A stretch of DNA of 64,000 nt from Mobula hypostoma (GCF_963921235.1 NC_086097.1:116064001-116128000); one strand, 5' to 3'; shown: positions 23,293 through 36,155, counted from the first letter of the stretch. Notes: a model not told the origin generated them from the sequence alone. Made by a program: numbers and translations.

Positions 23293-24021
23293 CATAGAAA
23301 CATAGAAACATAGAAAACCTACCGCACAATACAGGCCCTTTGGCCCACAAAGCTGTGCCGAACATGTCCCTACCTTAGAACTACCTAGGCTTTGCCCATA
23401 GCCCTCTATTTATCTAAGCTTCATGTAGCCATCCAGGAGTCTCTTAAAAGATCCTATCATTTCCACTTCAACCACTGCCGCCGGCAGCCCATTCCACGCA
23501 CTCACCACTCTCTGCATAAAAAACTTGCCCCTGACATCTCCTCTGTACCTACTTCCAAGCACCTTAAAACTGTGCTCTCTCATGATAGGCATTTCAGCCC
23601 TGGGGAAAAGCCTCTGACTATCCACACGATCAATGCCTCTCATTATCTTGAACACCTCTATCAGGTCACCTCTCATCCTCCATCACTCCAAGGAGAAAAG
23701 GTCGAGTTCACTCAACCTATTCTCAAAAGTCATGCTCCCCAATCCAGGCAACATACTTGTAAATCTCCTCTGCACCCTTTCTATGGTTTCCATGTCCTTC
23801 CTGTAGTGAGGCAACCAGAATTGAGCACAGTACTCCAAGTGGGGTCTGACCAAGGTCCTATATAGCTGCAACATTACCTCTCGGCTCTTAAACTCAACCC
23901 CACGATTGACGAAGGCCAATGCACCGTCTGCCTTCTTAACCACAGAGTCAACCTGCGCAGCAGCTTTGAGTGTCCGATGGACTCGGACCCCAAGATCCCT
24001 CTGATCCTCCACACTGCCACA
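23293..24021 (-). mobile_element. 5'-truncated CR1 LINE, same subfamily as 11917-13690
   Basis: ORFs 23683..24012 and 23410..23676; (CATAGAAA)3 tail; possible TSD AGTAC. Confidence 0.95.
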
Positions 24022-24029
24022 AGTACGGT

Positions 24030-25230
24030 TAGGTGATCAGACTTTCCAAAATGTGGGTGTGAGATAGCAGGTAATTGCTCCTGATGCTGGTGTTACAGTG
24101 GTCCATTGTGTTGTTTCCTCTGGTACTAGGGATTTGTTGATAATAACTATTTAGAGACTTTTTCAAACTTTTCTGGTTCAAGTGTTCCAGTATGATAGGG
24201 AAGGCATCAAGATGTGCTGTTTCATGCTTGTTGATTACATCACTCAGTTCATCTGGAGCCTCCCATGACAGATAAAGTGGATGACACTCGATTGTGAGTT
24301 GTACCAGGTCTGGTGAACAGGACTGGGACATCATGCTACGTTTGTACACCATGAGGAATTGAATATTAATGTCATCAGTGGACCAATTCCGGTGATAAGC
24401 AAAATGGAGCAGGACGATAATGCACTCCATTTTCCAGCCACTCAAAACACTTCATTATTACTGAGATCAGTGTCACAGGACTGTAGTTCTCGAGACAGGT
24501 TACTTTTTCCCTTTTGGGCACCGGAATGAAGGTGGTTGTCTTGAAGCCTGAAGGAGTAGTGGGCTGTTCAGGGAGATGTTGAAGATGTCTGTCAGAACCT
24601 CTGTTAACTGGGCTGCACAGTCCCTCTGCACCCAGTCAGGTACGTTATCAGGCCCTGCAGCTTTTCATGGGTTGAACTTTGCTTGGGTCTTTCTTACATC
24701 AACTGTAGCCTGGCAGAGTGTCTGCTCCTCGGGGAGGAAGGGCGTAATCCTCACCAGCACATTGCTCTGTGTATCAACCCAAGCATAAAAGATGTTTATC
24801 CAATCGTTGATACGAAAGGTGGACTTGCTACCCATTATGGTCTGAATGCCCTGCCACATGTGCTTCACAACTCTTGTGTCACGGAAATGCTCTGTATTTT
24901 TTGTGAATCATCCTGTTCTGCCTTCGTGATGGCATGAAAAACCACAGCTCATTCTGACTGAGAGCTGTCTTATCCCCCAATATGAAGGCAGCATCCGATC
25001 TCTCAGCCATGCCTGGTCCTCAGCTGCCGGCCATTGCTTCTGATTTGCACTCACATAGATGTGTTTAATAACAGTGATGTCCTCAATGCACTTCTCTACG
25101 TAGTCAGACACAGATCTCACATATTGATTGATGTTAATGTGATAGTTGTAGGTAGCTGCCTCTCTGAACATGCTCCAGTTCACATTTTTCAAAGCAATCC
25201 CACATTGCTGAGGTTACTTCTTTTGACCAG
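24030..25230 (-). mobile_element. Rex1/Babar-type LINE fragments (endonuclease piece and RT N-terminal piece)
   Basis: TRGNNTMDHC endonuclease-like motif (24030-24420); NWSMFREAAT, MWQGIQTIMG, KAAGPDNVP and MKCFEWL (24440-25230). Confidence 0.75.
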
Positions 25231-25599
25231 GTCTTTATCTCACTTTGAACTGGTTTGACTCATTAATCAGTAATCTGAATGCAGGAATTAGTAGACAGAT
25301 AAATTGTCAGAACATCCGAGGTGGTAACAGGAAGCAGCTTTGTAAGCACCAGGGATGTTGGTTTAAAACAGCCCCAAGGCATTCTCGCCTCTGGTAGCAA
25401 AGCACAGCATCCTGATAGAATCAAATCACAAACAAGAGAAAATCTGCAGATGCTGGAAATCCAAGCAACAATCAAGAAAAAAAGATGAGTACTCCTTATG
25501 CAGATTTTTAACTCAATTTCTTTTTCAAAAAGAGCTCAAAATGTGGATTTGAAGGAAACTGAGCAGTTATTTTGCAGACAACAGCTTTTCAATGAATTG

Positions 25600-26075
25600 A
25601 AAGTTCAAAGTTCAAAGTTAAAAAATAAACTTTATTATCAAAGTACATGTATATGCACCAGATATTCACCCTGAGATTCATTTTTCTGTGGGCGTACTCA
25701 GCGAGTTCGTAGAATGGAAGCTATAACAGAATCAATGGAAGATCAACCAGAGTGCAAAAGACAACAAACTGTTCAATTGTAAATATAAATAAATACTGAT
25801 AAACAATGAGAACATGAGATAATGAGATAAAGAATCCTTGCAGTTAAGATCATTGGTTGTGGGATTATTTCATTGATGGGACAAGTGATAATAGTTATCC
25901 GCTTTGTTCAAAAGCGTGGTGGCTGTGTCGTTATAGCAGTCTTTGAACGTGTTGTTGCGAGTCCTTCTGCCTAATGGCAGCAGTGTGAAAAGAGCATGGT
26001 CTGGGTGTGGGGATCTCTGATGATGGATACTGCTTTCCTATGACAGCATTTCATGTAGATGTGCTCAATAGTTGA
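25600..26075 (-). mobile_element. Rex1/Babar-type LINE 3' fragment
   Basis: AAAGTTCAAAGTTCAAAG tail; ORF 25971..26159 contains IEHIYMKCCHRKAVSIIRDPH. Confidence 0.75.
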
Positions 26076-26609
26076 TGGAATAAAAATAAAATAGCAGCAA
26101 CTGCTGAAATGATAGGGAGGAGAGCTTGTTAGAGGCGTGCCCATCAAGATTGTCTGCATTTTTTTTAAGAACTGCTGTTTCTTGGAGTTTTGTATTATGT
26201 GGTTTCAGCTTCGTCAGCAAATTTATGCCTGTGCCAAACAGATAATTGTATTTGAGCTGGAGAAGAAACGATGCATAGCCATTGATCTTCCCTGGAGACA
26301 GTGTTTATGGTTCATTATAATGGGAGATATATCATTGGAACTGGTGAATAATGAACTACCACTGGTCTGACATGAATGGTTGAGCAATGTCCTCCATGGG
26401 GAACAGAAGATGGATACAACCCAAAGACCAAATCTAAAGCGATTTATTTTTTATTGTGTTTGGCGGTAGTAAGCTAATCAATGAAGCAAGATCTTACAGA
26501 ATGGTCAGTCGAATAAAATATCTACCAGATAAATGTTATGGCTTCACATGATGAGCTGAAATGTCATTTTTACAGTGAATACAATGAAAATTTTATTGGT
26601 AGTACAAAG

Positions 26610-26800
26610 GGAAAGATATATTACAAGCTTAGGACATCCCAAAGCACTTGATAGTCAATTAAGCACTTTAGAACTGTTTTCAATACTGCAATTAATTAAA
26701 CATGGTACCCAAATTAACTATATGGTCCAATACACAGCAATGCAAATTTAGGTAATATACTTTGCTGATGATTGTTTACAGACAAGGGGACCAGGGGCTA
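26610..26800 (-). mobile_element. Ancient DeuSINE-like (SacSINE1/AmnSINE-type) remnant
   Basis: AGGACATCCCAAAGCACTT..AGTCAATTAAGCACTTT..ACAGCAATG resembles the antisense Deu-domain SINE body, recognised by eye. Confidence 0.45.
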
Positions 26801-28029
26801 AAAGTATCATAAGACTATAAGACATAGGAATAGTATTAATCCATGTGGCCAATCCAGTCTGCCCTGCCATTTCAACATATCTGATTTATTATCCCTTTCA
26901 TCCCCATTCTCCTGCCTTCTCAGCATAATGTTTAAGGTATTAAAAGACAATATCAAAAGACAAGAGTATAAAAGCATTTACATGCAATGAAATTTTACTA
27001 AATATCACCAATTTTCCTAAATGAAGTGCTCCATTTAATCACAAACCAACCCTTTTGTTCAGCCCAACTCTCTTCTTTCCTTCAGTCAATTAAAATGTGT
27101 TCCACCTCTGATTTTCCCTGTTTTGAGGAAATATCATTGTCCTGAACATTTATATCTGTTCCTACCTTCGAGTTTGCTGCAAGACCTGCTGAATAGTTCT
27201 TACATTTTCTGTTTTGGTTTCGACTTGTAGCAGTGTTTCCCTTTTGGGCCTTAAGGATGTGTGTGCCCTGGTTACCAGTACATTATTCTGCCTGTGTGTG
27301 CAAGCCAAAAGATGGATTGTGAAGTCTGCGGCAGCGATGAATGTACTTTCATCCAGCACTGAGGAATATTGATGAGGTTGGTATTCCCACAGTGGGTTAT
27401 GAGCTTTGGAATTGCATTTATTGACCCTGACCATGCCTGTGAGAACATTGCATTCCTCGTGATTGTATTCATATTCTTGTAGTCTGATAAGTTATCTCAC
27501 CCATCAAGAGGAAAGATAGACTATATCTCTCCACCTCTTCATTGTCTTCTTCAAAACTTTTGTTAATATTTGAACTGATTTGGAACTTCTAATTAAACTG
27601 CCAATATCTTACATGGATCTGAAAGTCTCAATAAGCTATATCCATCATAATCCTATTTATTCTGGTTTCCACAAAGAAAATTTAGTTGGAAATTATGCAT
27701 TCCATATCTCTCTGTTTATTTTTATCTTATCATTCAGTCATTTGGCTCTTAATTATATATATTAGACTGGCGGATATATAATATGCCCCCTGTTTCTTTC
27801 TCAAATCTATCAATAATGAAGGAGTTATATTTGTAATTTTCCAGTCTAAGGGATAAACAATAAATTAAGAGAATTAAAGATTCTATAAACTCCTCACATG
27901 CTTCTTTTAAAATCCATGGTAAAAAAATGATGTGTGTATATTCACCTTCATGTCTTTTGTCATGAATGCTGTTTTTGTGCTTATACTAACTTTGAAGAGT
28001 TCCAGTTTTATTCATTCCAGTTTAAAACA

Positions 28030-28175
28030 TCCATTTCTTTCCAGTCCTGATGAAAGGAGTCAATCCGAAACATTGACTGTTCATTTCCCTCCATAGATGC
28101 TGTCAGACCTATTAAGTTCTTCCACCATTTGATGTGTTGCCGAAAACTTCCAGGATTGGATAGAGATGCAGAGTT
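28030..28175 (+). mobile_element. Penelope-derived fragment with hammerhead motif (28042-28079)
   Basis: CAGTC-CTGATGA-AA-GGA GTCAA TCC-GAAA-CATT-GACTG; cleavage site altered. Confidence 0.7.
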
Positions 28176-28339
28176 CCAAAGTGTACTGTTATCCAAAAGA
28201 AAATGTCCCACCAAATAGGACTGTCTGGGGGTAGTATGTTGCTAGGACTAACCAGAATTAACATTAATTTTATGGATGGGATAGGGGAGTTCAGTTGCCT
28301 GCTGATCAGAGACACAAGTGAGCCTCTCTGGTTGTGAGA

Positions 28340-31300
28340 CAGTTTTGAAGAGGTCATAGACAGGTATCATGATGACTGAGTGAGCGATGAGGGTCCAAGA
28401 ACTGAGCATCATGGCCCGGGGTTGACAGTTAGTTGTTCTGGGGTCAACAAGTGACTCAAAATTTGCGGGGGGAGCTCATGGGATAGGATTTGGGAATAAT
28501 TGATTGCAAAATGTGTGTTGATGGAAGGAAATCTGAGAGAATGCGACCAGGATTTGGGTCTGGGGCAATGACTGGAAGGCATAGGTGGAGGTACTAAGTA
28601 GTAAGTTTTTTTTTCTGTTAATACATAGCTAGTGCACTGAGAATGTGTTCAAAGGTAGTTGTATGTTCTTTGTGTGAGATGCAGGAACTCTAGGAGACCT
28701 TCAGTAACTCTGATAGCTACCCATGAATGAAGTGCACTGATCTGCAGCTTCTGAAAGAATGTGCTCAGGAACTGGAGCTACAGCTGGATGTCCTTCGGCT
28801 CACACAGGAAAGTGGGGAGGTGATAGAAAAGAACTACAGGGAGGTAGTTATTCCTAAATTGCAGGAAACGGGTATCTGGGTGACTGTCAGGGCATGGAAA
28901 GGAAATGGACGTTCAGTGCAGAATGCCCCTGTGGCCATTCCCCTCAATAATAGATATAGCACATCAATGGGAAGTGGGGAGAAGAAGAGTGCAGTAGTGA
29001 TAATGGATTCCATGCTTACAGGAGCAGAAAGCAGATTCTGCAGACATGAACGAGTCACACAGATGGTATGTCACTGCCCAGGTGCCAGTGTCGGGGATGT
29101 CTTGGATTGGGTTCATGGCAAAGGAAGGTGAACAGCTGGAAGTCATGATACATACTGGTACAAATGACATAGGTCAGAAAAGGGAGGCGGATATGTAGAG
29201 AGAATATAAGCAGTTAGGAAGAAAGCTGAAAAGCGGGTCCTCCAGGGCAGTAATCTTTGGATTGCTGTGCCATATCCCAGTGAGGGTAAGAATAGGAAGA
29301 TTTGGAAGAAGTATGTGTAGCTGAAGAATTGGTGCAGGAGGCAGGGATTCAGAATTTTGAATCATTGAAATCTGCTCTGTTGAAGATATAACTTGTACAG
29401 AAAGGATGGGTTACACTTAAACTCAAGGATGACCAATATCCTTTCAGGCATGTTTCCTAGAGCTGTGGGGAATGTTTTAAACCATCTTAGCAGGGGGATG
29501 GGAACCAGAGTGGTGGGCTGAGGATGGGGCAGTTGTATACAACTAGATGTGTGCTAAGACAGTGAAGAAGAACATACAGATGATGGGGCAAAATTGCAGC
29601 CAGTGAGATGAATTAAAGTGTAACAGGGGGCCAAAATCAAAAAGGGTGATGAAAAGGTGTTACATACGAATGCACATAGTATACGGAATAAGGCAGATGA
29701 TCTTGTAGAGCAGTTAGGGGTTAGCAGGTATGCTGTTGTGGGAACCTGAGTCATGGCAGAAAGAAGACCATAGTTCAGAGCTTAACATCCAAGGATATAC
29801 ATTGTATCAAAAGGACAGGCAGGCAGGCAGAGGGTGTTGGTGGCTCTGTTGGTAAAAATGCCATCAAATCCTTAGAAAGATGTGATATAGGATCAGAAGA
29901 TGCAGAATATTTATGGGTAGACTTAAAAAAACTGAAGGGGTAAAAAGACCCCAGGTCTCCAAACAGTAGCCAGGATGTGGGCTACAAATTACAACTGGAG
30001 ATAGAAATCACATGTAAAAAGGGCAATGCTGTGATAGTCATGGGAGATTTCAATATGCAGGTAGATTGGGAAAGTCATGTTGGCGCTGGATCCCAAGAGA
30101 GGGAATTTGTAGAATGCGCAGGAGATGTGCTTTCTACAGCATCTTGTGATTGAGCCTACCAGACAAGTAGCAATTCTGGATAGGGTGTGAAGTAATGACC
30201 TAGATTTAATAAGGAAACTTAAGGTAAAGGAACCTTTAGGAGATGAATTCTCCCTTTGAGGAGAAGCTAAAATAAGATATGTCAGTATTACAGTGGAGTA
30301 AAGGGAATTACAGGGGCATGGAGCTGGCCTAAAGTGATTGGAAGGGGACACTAGCAGAGATGATGGCAGAACAGGAATGGCTAGTCTATCTGTGGGAAAT
30401 CTGGAAGGTAAAGGAAAGATACATCCCAAAGACGAATAAGTATACTACAGGGAGGATGAGGCAACCATGGCTGACAGGGGAATTCAAAGACAGCATAAAA
30501 ACAGAAGAGAGGGAATATAATATTGTAAAGCTTAGTGAGAAGGTAGAGTATCAGGAAGCTTTTAAAAACCAACCAAAGTCAATTAAACAATAAAGAGACA
30601 AAACATTAAATATGAAGGCAAGCTAGCCAATAATATAAAAGAGGATACAATACATTTTGTTTTCCAGATATATGAGAAGTAAAGGAAAGTTGAGAGTAGA
30701 TATTGGATCACTGGAGAATGCCAAGGAAGAGGGAGTAATGAGGGAGAAAAGAAGTGGTGGACAAACCCAAGTATTTTGCATCAATCTTCACTGTAGAAGA
30801 CATTAGCAGAATCCCAGAAATGTGAGTGTCGGGAAGCAGAAGTGAGTGTTGTTGCTACTACTACTGAGAAGAAGGTGCTTGGGAAGCTGAAAATTCTCAA
30901 GGTAGATAAGTCACCTGGACCAGATGGAATAAACTTTAGGTTCTGAAAGAGGTAGCTGAAGAGATTGTGGAGGAATTAATAATGATCATTCAAGAATCAC
31001 TTGATTCTGGAATGGTTCCAGAGGAATGGAAAACTTCAAAGGTCTTGCTACTATTTAATAAGGTAGGGAGTCAGAAGACAGAAAATTATAGACCAGTTAG
31101 GCTGACTTTTTGTACATAGAATTCTCCAACTTCCGGTAATTCCCTCCCCCTCTCTTCCTCTATCCCTATTTTACATCACCTCCCTCATAGTTCCGCCTCC
31201 TTCTACTACTTTGCATTGTTCTCCTGCCAATCACCTCCCTGCTTCCCCTCCCCGACCCCTTTGTCTTTAAAATTACTGTTTTTTTCAACTACCAGCATTC

Positions 31301-32130
31301 TTCAAACCCTCCCAAAAGTTCTTCCTTCAGTCCTGACGAAGGGTTTCGGCCCGAAACATTGACTAATCTTTTCAACTGATGCTGACTTGACCTGCTGTTC
31401 CTCCAGCGCATTGTGAGTGTTCCTCAGGCTGACTTCAGTGGTTGGAAAGCTGTTGGAGTCTATTGATAAGGGTGAGGTTTCACAGTACTTGGAAGTACAT
31501 GATAAAATAGGCCAAAGTCAGCATGGTTTTCTCAAGGGGGAACCTTGCCTGACAAATCTATTGGAATTCTTTGAGGAAATAACAGGCAAGATGGATAAAG
31601 GAGAGTCAGTGGATGTTGTTTATTTGGATTTTCAGAAGGCCTTTGACATGGTGCCACACAGGATGCTGCTTAACAAGATGGGAGCCTATGGTATTACAAG
31701 AAAAGTACTGGCTTGGATAGAACATTAGCTGACTGGCAGGATGCAAAGAGTAGAAATAAAGGGGCCTTTTCTGGTTGGCTACCGGTGACAAATTATGTAC
31801 CATGGGGTCAGTAATGGGATCACTTCTTCTCAAATTATATGTCAATGACTTGGTGGAAGGAATTGATTGCTTTGTGGCCAAGTTTGTGGATGATACAAAG
31901 ATAGGTGGAGGGGAATGTCACATTGAGGAAACAGGGTGTCTGTAGAAGAGCTTAGACATATTGGGGGAATGGGAAAAGAAGTGGCAAATGAAATATAGTG
32001 TAGGATGTGCATAGTCATGCACTTTGGTGGATAGAATGAAAATGTAGCTGTTTTCTTAATTGGGAGAAAGAATCAGAGTTGCAGAGGGACTTGGGAGTCC
32101 TCGTGCAAGATTTCCTGAAGGTTAAATTGC
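28340..32130 (+). mobile_element. Long decayed CR1 LINE: 5'UTR, ORF1 (Zn finger + SGNH esterase) and ORF2 (endonuclease + RT); 3' end missing
   Basis: ORF1 from ATG 28643 (VVCSLCEM..KC..ELELQLD; VIMDS, CPGA, GTND, DGLHLN); ORF2 motifs NAHSIRNK, MGDFNM, KSPGPDG, QHGFLKG, YLDFQKAFD, KFVDDTK; many frameshifts. Confidence 0.9.
31109..31425 (+). mobile_element. Penelope-derived insertion within CR1 ORF2, with hammerhead motif at 31329-31364
   Basis: Perfect 10-bp TSD AGGCTGACTT (31099-31108, 31426-31435); AGTC-CTGACGA-A-GGG TTTCGG CCC-GAAA-CATT-GACT. Confidence 0.85.
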
Positions 32131-32629
32131 AGTCCCATTCCTGGCCCAAAATATATGCCCATTCTTTTTGTACTGCATGCATTTACCATTATGTACTTTT
32201 CTAAACTGATAGAAACTTGTTATATCAATCTTACTCATTTTTGCACACCTCATTTGTAACCCAAAAATGACAGGAAATTGAAACAAAGGAGACACTGGTA
32301 AAGAAGAAGAAGATGCAAACACTTCTGAAATTTCAGAGCTTTATATAAAAAAATTGGAGAAAAAACTATCGATTATTTTCCTGCATCAGCTTTTAAGTGC
32401 AGCCCTGGTTGTGATGGAGACACAGATGCATCTTCCATATCTGCCCACATGGATGCTGCTGCGTCAAATGAATGATCAGAAAGACTGTTTTTGATGCTGT
32501 TCCTGAACTGATACAGCAAAGAAGGAAGCTATTTGGACACTGGGGCTATATGCCTGCTCATCACAGAACACCTCTTGACTCCCATTTCACTACTCTTCCC
32601 CTACTGCCCTGCAAATTATTCTCTCTTAA

Positions 32630-32944
32630 CCCTTACATATTGTTTGATGCATATCTGTTGAAATGGATATTAAATCTCTGAAACATTAATTAAGGATTAA
32701 CGTGAATTGAGGCTGTTCCAGGTCAAATTTGATCCGTATCTATTGAAGTGGATTTTACATCTCTGAAACATTAATTAAGGATTAATCGCCCATTTATTAA
32801 TATCAGATAGGCTATTTATACATTCTAAATAGATCTGTGGTTCAAAATTTGGTATAGACACTTGTTATGAGGGGATTCTTGGGCCGGGTCAAAATTGACC
32901 TGGACCATACTGTGAAGGTATAGAATATGAATTGTATGTAAGGG
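32630..32944. mobile_element. piggyBac-type MITE (315 bp)
   Basis: TTAA on both sides (32626-32629, 32945-32948); 10-bp TIR CCCTTACATA / TATGTAAGGG; subterminal GGTCAAATTTGATCC / GGGTCAAAATTGACC palindromes. Confidence 0.85.
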
Positions 32945-33254
32945 TTAAGCAGTTCTTCAAACTTCTCTTGAAGGCACGAATTGATTCTCTTTCCACAACA
33001 CATCTGAGGAATGAATACCAGGCCATAGCGTCTGAGTGCATAAAAGCTTTTTTTTAAATGGTCTCATTGTACTTTTGAGTCAAAATTTTAAATCTGTGTC
33101 TCCAGATCCTTTAACCATCTGTCAATGGGAATAGCTCCCTTCAACATACGTTTGAACATCAGTTTGGACATAGCAAATATTACATTTCAACAAAATGGTC
33201 TGAAATTTACCCCAGCTCTTTTATTCTTTTTTTTTTCAGAAGCTTAAGCCTCTT

Positions 33255-33575
33255 GTTCCCCTCCTCTTCCATGGTGCACTGACCTCTCCTATTATGTTCT
33301 GTTTTATTTAGCTCTTTACCCCTTCCAGGTATCCCTGCCCAGCTTTTTACTTCACAATCCTCACCACCCACCAACATTTATCATCTGCCAGCTGGTACTG
33401 CTTCCTCTCCTCCCACCTTCTTATTCTGGCTTCTTCCATCTTCCTTTCCAGTCCTGATGAAATATCTTGGGCCAAAATGTCAGCCGTATATACCTCTCCG
33501 TAGATGATGCCTACCCTGATGAGTTTCTTCAGTATGTTGTACATGTTTCTCAGGATTTCCAGCACCTGCAGAATG
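33255..33575 (+). mobile_element. Penelope-derived pLTR fragment
   Basis: CT-rich tract, CAGTCCTGATGAAA.. degenerate hammerhead, and GGATTTCCAGCACCTGCAGAA tail. Confidence 0.65.
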
Positions 33576-33784
33576 AATAGAATCTCTTGTGCTTACAAAT
33601 AATTTTCACCATTGTTTTTTTTTCATTCGCATTACCTTTGGGATAGTCTCTATTCTGTGGGATAAGTAAACAGAAGCATCTTGAAGAGGATCATATATTC
33701 TGAGCCATCGTTCCTTGAGCAAACTGAACTAAAATGGAATGAAGAATTTGAATTTCACTAGCAAAGGGCTTCAAGTAGTTCAAG

Positions 33785-36155
33785 AAGCATCATAGAGCAC
33801 AAAGGCACAGAAACAGGCCTTTGGCCCATATAATTTATGCAGAACTAATATTCTGCCCAGTCCCATCTATCTGCCCCTGGAACATATGCCTCCATATACC
33901 TCCCATCCATGTATTTATACAAATTTCTCTTAAATGTTAAAATTGAACCCGGATCCACCACCTCTGCTGGCAGCTCGGTCCAAACCGCCCTCTGACTGAA
34001 TGTTGTCCCTCATGTTTTCCTTAAGCTCGCTCGTATATGAGCTCAACTCCTCCTCTGCTCGCATTGAATGTCAAATCATGAAGGAACCATCACAAAGTCC
34101 CACAGCTCTCTACAACCCTATGATTTTGGTTTCTGAGGCAGACATGAGAACATCCTTCAGGAGGGTGAACCCAGGGAAAGTATCTGGACCAGATGGACTA
34201 CCTAGCTGAGTACTAAAGGCCTGTGCTGATCATCAGGCTGGAGCATTTACTGAGATCTTTAACCCCTCACTCTGGCAGTATGAGATACCCTCTTGCTTCA
34301 AGCAAGCTTCAGTTATATCGCTGCCTGAAAAGAACATGGTAACTGGCCTCAATGACGTGATGAAGTGTTTTGAGAGGTTGGTGATGAAGCAACTCCTGAC
34401 TGAGAAGTGACTTGTATCACACCATTTTGCCTACCAGAGCAACAAATCCACATCAGATGCCATCTCATTGGCTCTTTACTCAATCCTGGAACATTTAGAC
34501 AGCAAAGCTGCATACATCAGGATAATCTTTATCAACTACAGCTTGGCACTCAACACTATCATCCCTAAAAAATTAATCAACAAGCTTCAAGTCCTTGGCC
34601 TCAATACCTCCTTGTGCGATTGGATCATCAATTTCCACATGTGCAAATCCTAGTCTGTTTGGATTGACAATAACATCTCCTCTACAATCTCCATCAGCAC
34701 AGGTGCACCACAAGGCTGTGTGCTTAACCCCCTGCTTACCCGCTTTACACTTATGACTGTGTGGCTAAGCACAGCTCTAATGCCACATTAAAGTTTGCTG
34801 ACAACACCGCTGTCACTGGCTGAATCAAATGTGGTGGCAAATCAGCATATAGGAGGAAGATTGAAAATCTTTCAGAGTGGTGCCATAATAATGACGTCTT
34901 ACTCAATTTCAGCAAGACCAAGGAGCTGAATATTGATTATTGGAGGAGGAACGTGGAGGTCTGTGAGCCAGTTCTCATCAGGGAATCAGAGATAAAGAAG
35001 GTCAGCAGCTTTAAATTCCTTGATATTATCATTCCAGAGGACCTGTCCTGGGCCCAGCACATTAGTGCTATTTCAAAAAAAAAGCACAGCAGTGCTTCTA
35101 CTTCCTTAGAAGTTTGCAAAGATTCATAATGACATCTAAAACTTTGACAAACTTCTCTAGATGTACAGTGGAGAGTATATTCACTGGCTGTTCCAAAGCC
35201 TGGTATGGAAACACCAATGTCCTTCAGTGGAAAAATTAAACAAGAAGTTGTGCATATGGCCAGTCTATCATGGGTAAAGCCCTTTGCACCATTGGGCACA
35301 TCCATATGGAGCGTTGTCACAGGAAAGCAGCATCCATCATCACGGAGGACTGCCACCCAGCTCATGTCTCTTCTCACTGCTGCAATCAGGAGCAAGGTAC
35401 TGGAGGCTCAGGAATCATATCACCAGGTTCAGGAACTGTTATTACCCCTCAACCAAAAGGCTCTTGAACCAGAGGAGATAACTTCACTCAACTTCACTTG
35501 CCTTAGTGTTGAACTGATCCCACAACATATGGACTCACTTTCAAGGACTCTTCATCACATGTTCTCGCTAATTTTTTTGCTTATTTATTTATTATTATTC
35601 TTTCTTTTTTTTCTTCTTTACTATTTGCACAGTTTGTTGTCTTTTGCACACTGGTTGTGTTCCCTGTTGGGTGTGGTCCTTCATTGGTTCGATGGTGGTT
35701 ATTGGATTTATTAAGTATGCCCGCAAGAAAACAAATCTCGGGATTTTTTATGGTAATATATATGTACTTTGATAATGAATCTACATTGAACTTTGATCTT
35801 TAAACTTTTCACCTTATCACACTTAACCCACGACTTCTAGTTGTAGTCTCACACGACCTCAGTGGAAAAAGGCTGCCTGCATTTACCCTATCTATACGCT
35901 ACCTAATGTTGATAACCTCTATCAAATCTCTCTTCATTTTCCTACAATCCAGGGAGTAAAGCCCGAACCTATTCAACCTTTTCCCATTACTCAGGTCCAA
36001 ATATCCTGGCAACATTCTTGTAAATTTTTTCTGTACTTCTTTCCTGTAAGTAAGTGAACAGAACTGAACTCAATTAGGCACCACCAATGACTTTTCAACT
36101 TCGACATTGCGTCCCAACCCTTGTACACAATTCTCTGATTTACGAAGGCCATAAA
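33785..36155 (-). mobile_element. CR1 3' fragment split by a Rex1/Babar-type insertion (pieces 33785-34022 and 35800-36155)
   Basis: Antisense CR1 sequence stops at CCCTCATGTTTTCCTTAA and resumes at CTTTTCACCTTATCACACTTAACCC. Confidence 0.7.
34030..35800 (+). mobile_element. Rex1/Babar-type LINE, 5'-truncated and decayed
   Basis: NPGKVSGPDGL, LEHLDSKAAYIRIIFINYS, STGAPQGCVL, KFADNT, HMERCHRKAASII; TTGAACTTTGA tail. Confidence 0.9.

Noticed and set aside
35205-35714. 169-aa ORF with a hydrophobic, membrane-like C-terminus
   Set aside because: Off-frame read through the LINE C-terminus and its T-rich 3'UTR.
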